This document shows positions 62,398 through 64,000 of a stretch of DNA of 64,000 bases, piece by piece. Positions within the stretch are counted from its first letter, which is position 1. Every line of letters begins with the position of its first letter. Position numbers and translations under genes: made by a program. The stretch is from Felis catus (Eukaryota). Under the pieces are notes generated by a model. The model worked only from the letters and a program-made list of their open reading frames with translations. It did no database searches and had not been told where the DNA came from. Where the stretch lies: NCBI RefSeq assembly GCF_018350175.1, contig NC_058368.1, positions 130,264,001-130,328,000 on the forward strand. Reading direction: 5' to 3'.

Positions 62398-62582
62398 CAG
62401 AGGCTCTCACAGTATGGCCCCTGAACTGCTGCACTAGTATAATCTGGAAATTTGTAGAAATGCAAATTTTCAGGCTGAGTCTCAGACCTACTGGATTAGG
62501 AACACAGCAGGTGGGGCTCAGCAATCTGCTTTCTTAAGGCCTCCAGAAAATTCTGATGTAAGCTCAAGTTTAAGAACTACTG
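62398..62582. mobile_element. MER5A-like hAT relic
   Basis: cagaggctctca…tttgtagaaatgcaaatttt cagg…aagtttaagaactactg. Confidence 0.75.
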
Positions 62583-64000
62583 GTTAAAATATAAAAAACT
62601 GTCTTCAAGGATGCTAACTTTCAGTGTTTCATACCAAAATTTTCATTTCTTGAGTTCCTATTAGAGGTTGCTGAGTCTAATGCCTAGTCCCTTGATTCTT
62701 GTCTTTTTATTTTGCGGTATTTCTCTACCCACTTGTGGTATGTGAATCTCTTTTCTGCTCCCAAAAGAATAAACAGAATTTTTATCCTTGTCTGCTAAGT
62801 GGAAGTACAAAAAGTTTTTCTAGTTTTTCTGGTCTTTTGTATCTTGGTGTTGTCCTTAAAATGAATTCAATTTCCTTACTGGTCTGAAGCACACACAAAA
62901 TTCTTATTTGGGGGGATTTGATATATTGCAAATGTCCCTTGGGTTCATTTCAATTGAATTTATAATCAGGTTCTCTAATACACTCATGCTGGGGAGTGAC
63001 TCTCTCAGCCTTTTGAAGTGATGCTCCTTAAATCTTCCTTGAAGGGATCCTCTTAGAGAAGCCATTTATATTTGATCATTCTTGTTCATACTATCTGGTA
63101 GTTTTCATGAAACATAAAACAGAATCACCAGTGGTATTGACTTCCTTTCAGTGTCCCCTTCCTTCCCTCTATATTACTGGAAAATTTTAGCCCAATATTA
63201 TTATATTCTTCTTCTTATATTCTGTTTGTAAGACATGTCAGATATATTCTCCATGTGTATTACAGATTTCTTTCTACATTCAGTAATGAGGAAAGGATGG
63301 GCTGAATGCAATAGGAGGATAGGTTTGTTAGTTGAAAGCTAAGGGATTTCTGATGGCTCTAATTTTCCCTGTGGAGTAGGAAGTGAGGTCATCCATTGGC
63401 AACTGGGGCAGGAGGTAGTGGAGTGAATTGGAGACATGGAGAAATACGGCCTGATAGGTGGTTAAAATATGTAAATAGTCCTAAGCCATGCTGAGTCTCC
63501 ATTTGCTCTGTTTCTGTGCCCTACCTTTATCCAGTACCTCCAGATTGTTCCCATGATCCAGCATTTAGAGGATAGCTGTCTGGCACTGAGGCTACCTATG
63601 ACCTCTTTTCTGATCAGTGTATGGCCATTTTTTACTGGTAGTTAAGTATTTTGAAGATTACCATGTTTAGAGATTTTAATGAGAGAGGAAACATTTGGCA
63701 CTGATGTTATATAGAGGGGGACAGTGAAATGACCTCAGAAATGCAGTACCATTCCTGAAGGCTCTTTCACTGGTTCAATTGCTGGTGGTCATTGTGAATG
63801 TATGGTCTTCATCATTATGGGATTTCCTCAGGTTCAGGCAAGGAGAAAGCAGATAGTTAAGTCCATCAGGGGTTGGGGGTTTAGAAGAAGAGTTCAATGA
63901 AAAGATAAAGAGGCAGAAAATAATTCATATATTATATCAAGAAAAGTTTGTGAAAAAAATAAAATGAATAAAATTAGGGTGTTCTTTCAATGGAAGCTTG

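Overview
Repeat-dense mammalian genomic DNA, almost certainly from a felid. About 24 carnivore tRNA-derived Can-SINEs are present, most with the felid-type (SINEC_Fc-like) body, together with felid/carnivore LINE-1. I could not recognise any host protein-coding exon, RNA gene or prokaryotic-type system. All ORFs in the track that I can recognise are broken L1 ORF1/ORF2 pieces, SINE read-throughs or microsatellite artefacts. The main structures are: a full-length, 7.2-kb inactivated L1 with an 18-bp TSD inserted in an MLT2-type LTR (53809-61008, minus); a 5'-truncated sister L1 nested in an older L1 (25646-28903); an older near-full-length L1 (about 33070-39190); a short L1 with a perfect 18-bp TSD; MER44/MER5/MER94 DNA-transposon relics; MIR/L2/MLT relics; and several microsatellites. 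The interesting observations concern insertion history (re-used target sites, a poly(A)-only micro-insertion, nesting, shared variants between two L1s, close inverted SINE pairs) and a few candidate regulatory motifs and splice-bounded segments. I found no evidence of a novel biological system. Family names come from recognition of consensus-like sequence, not from a database search.
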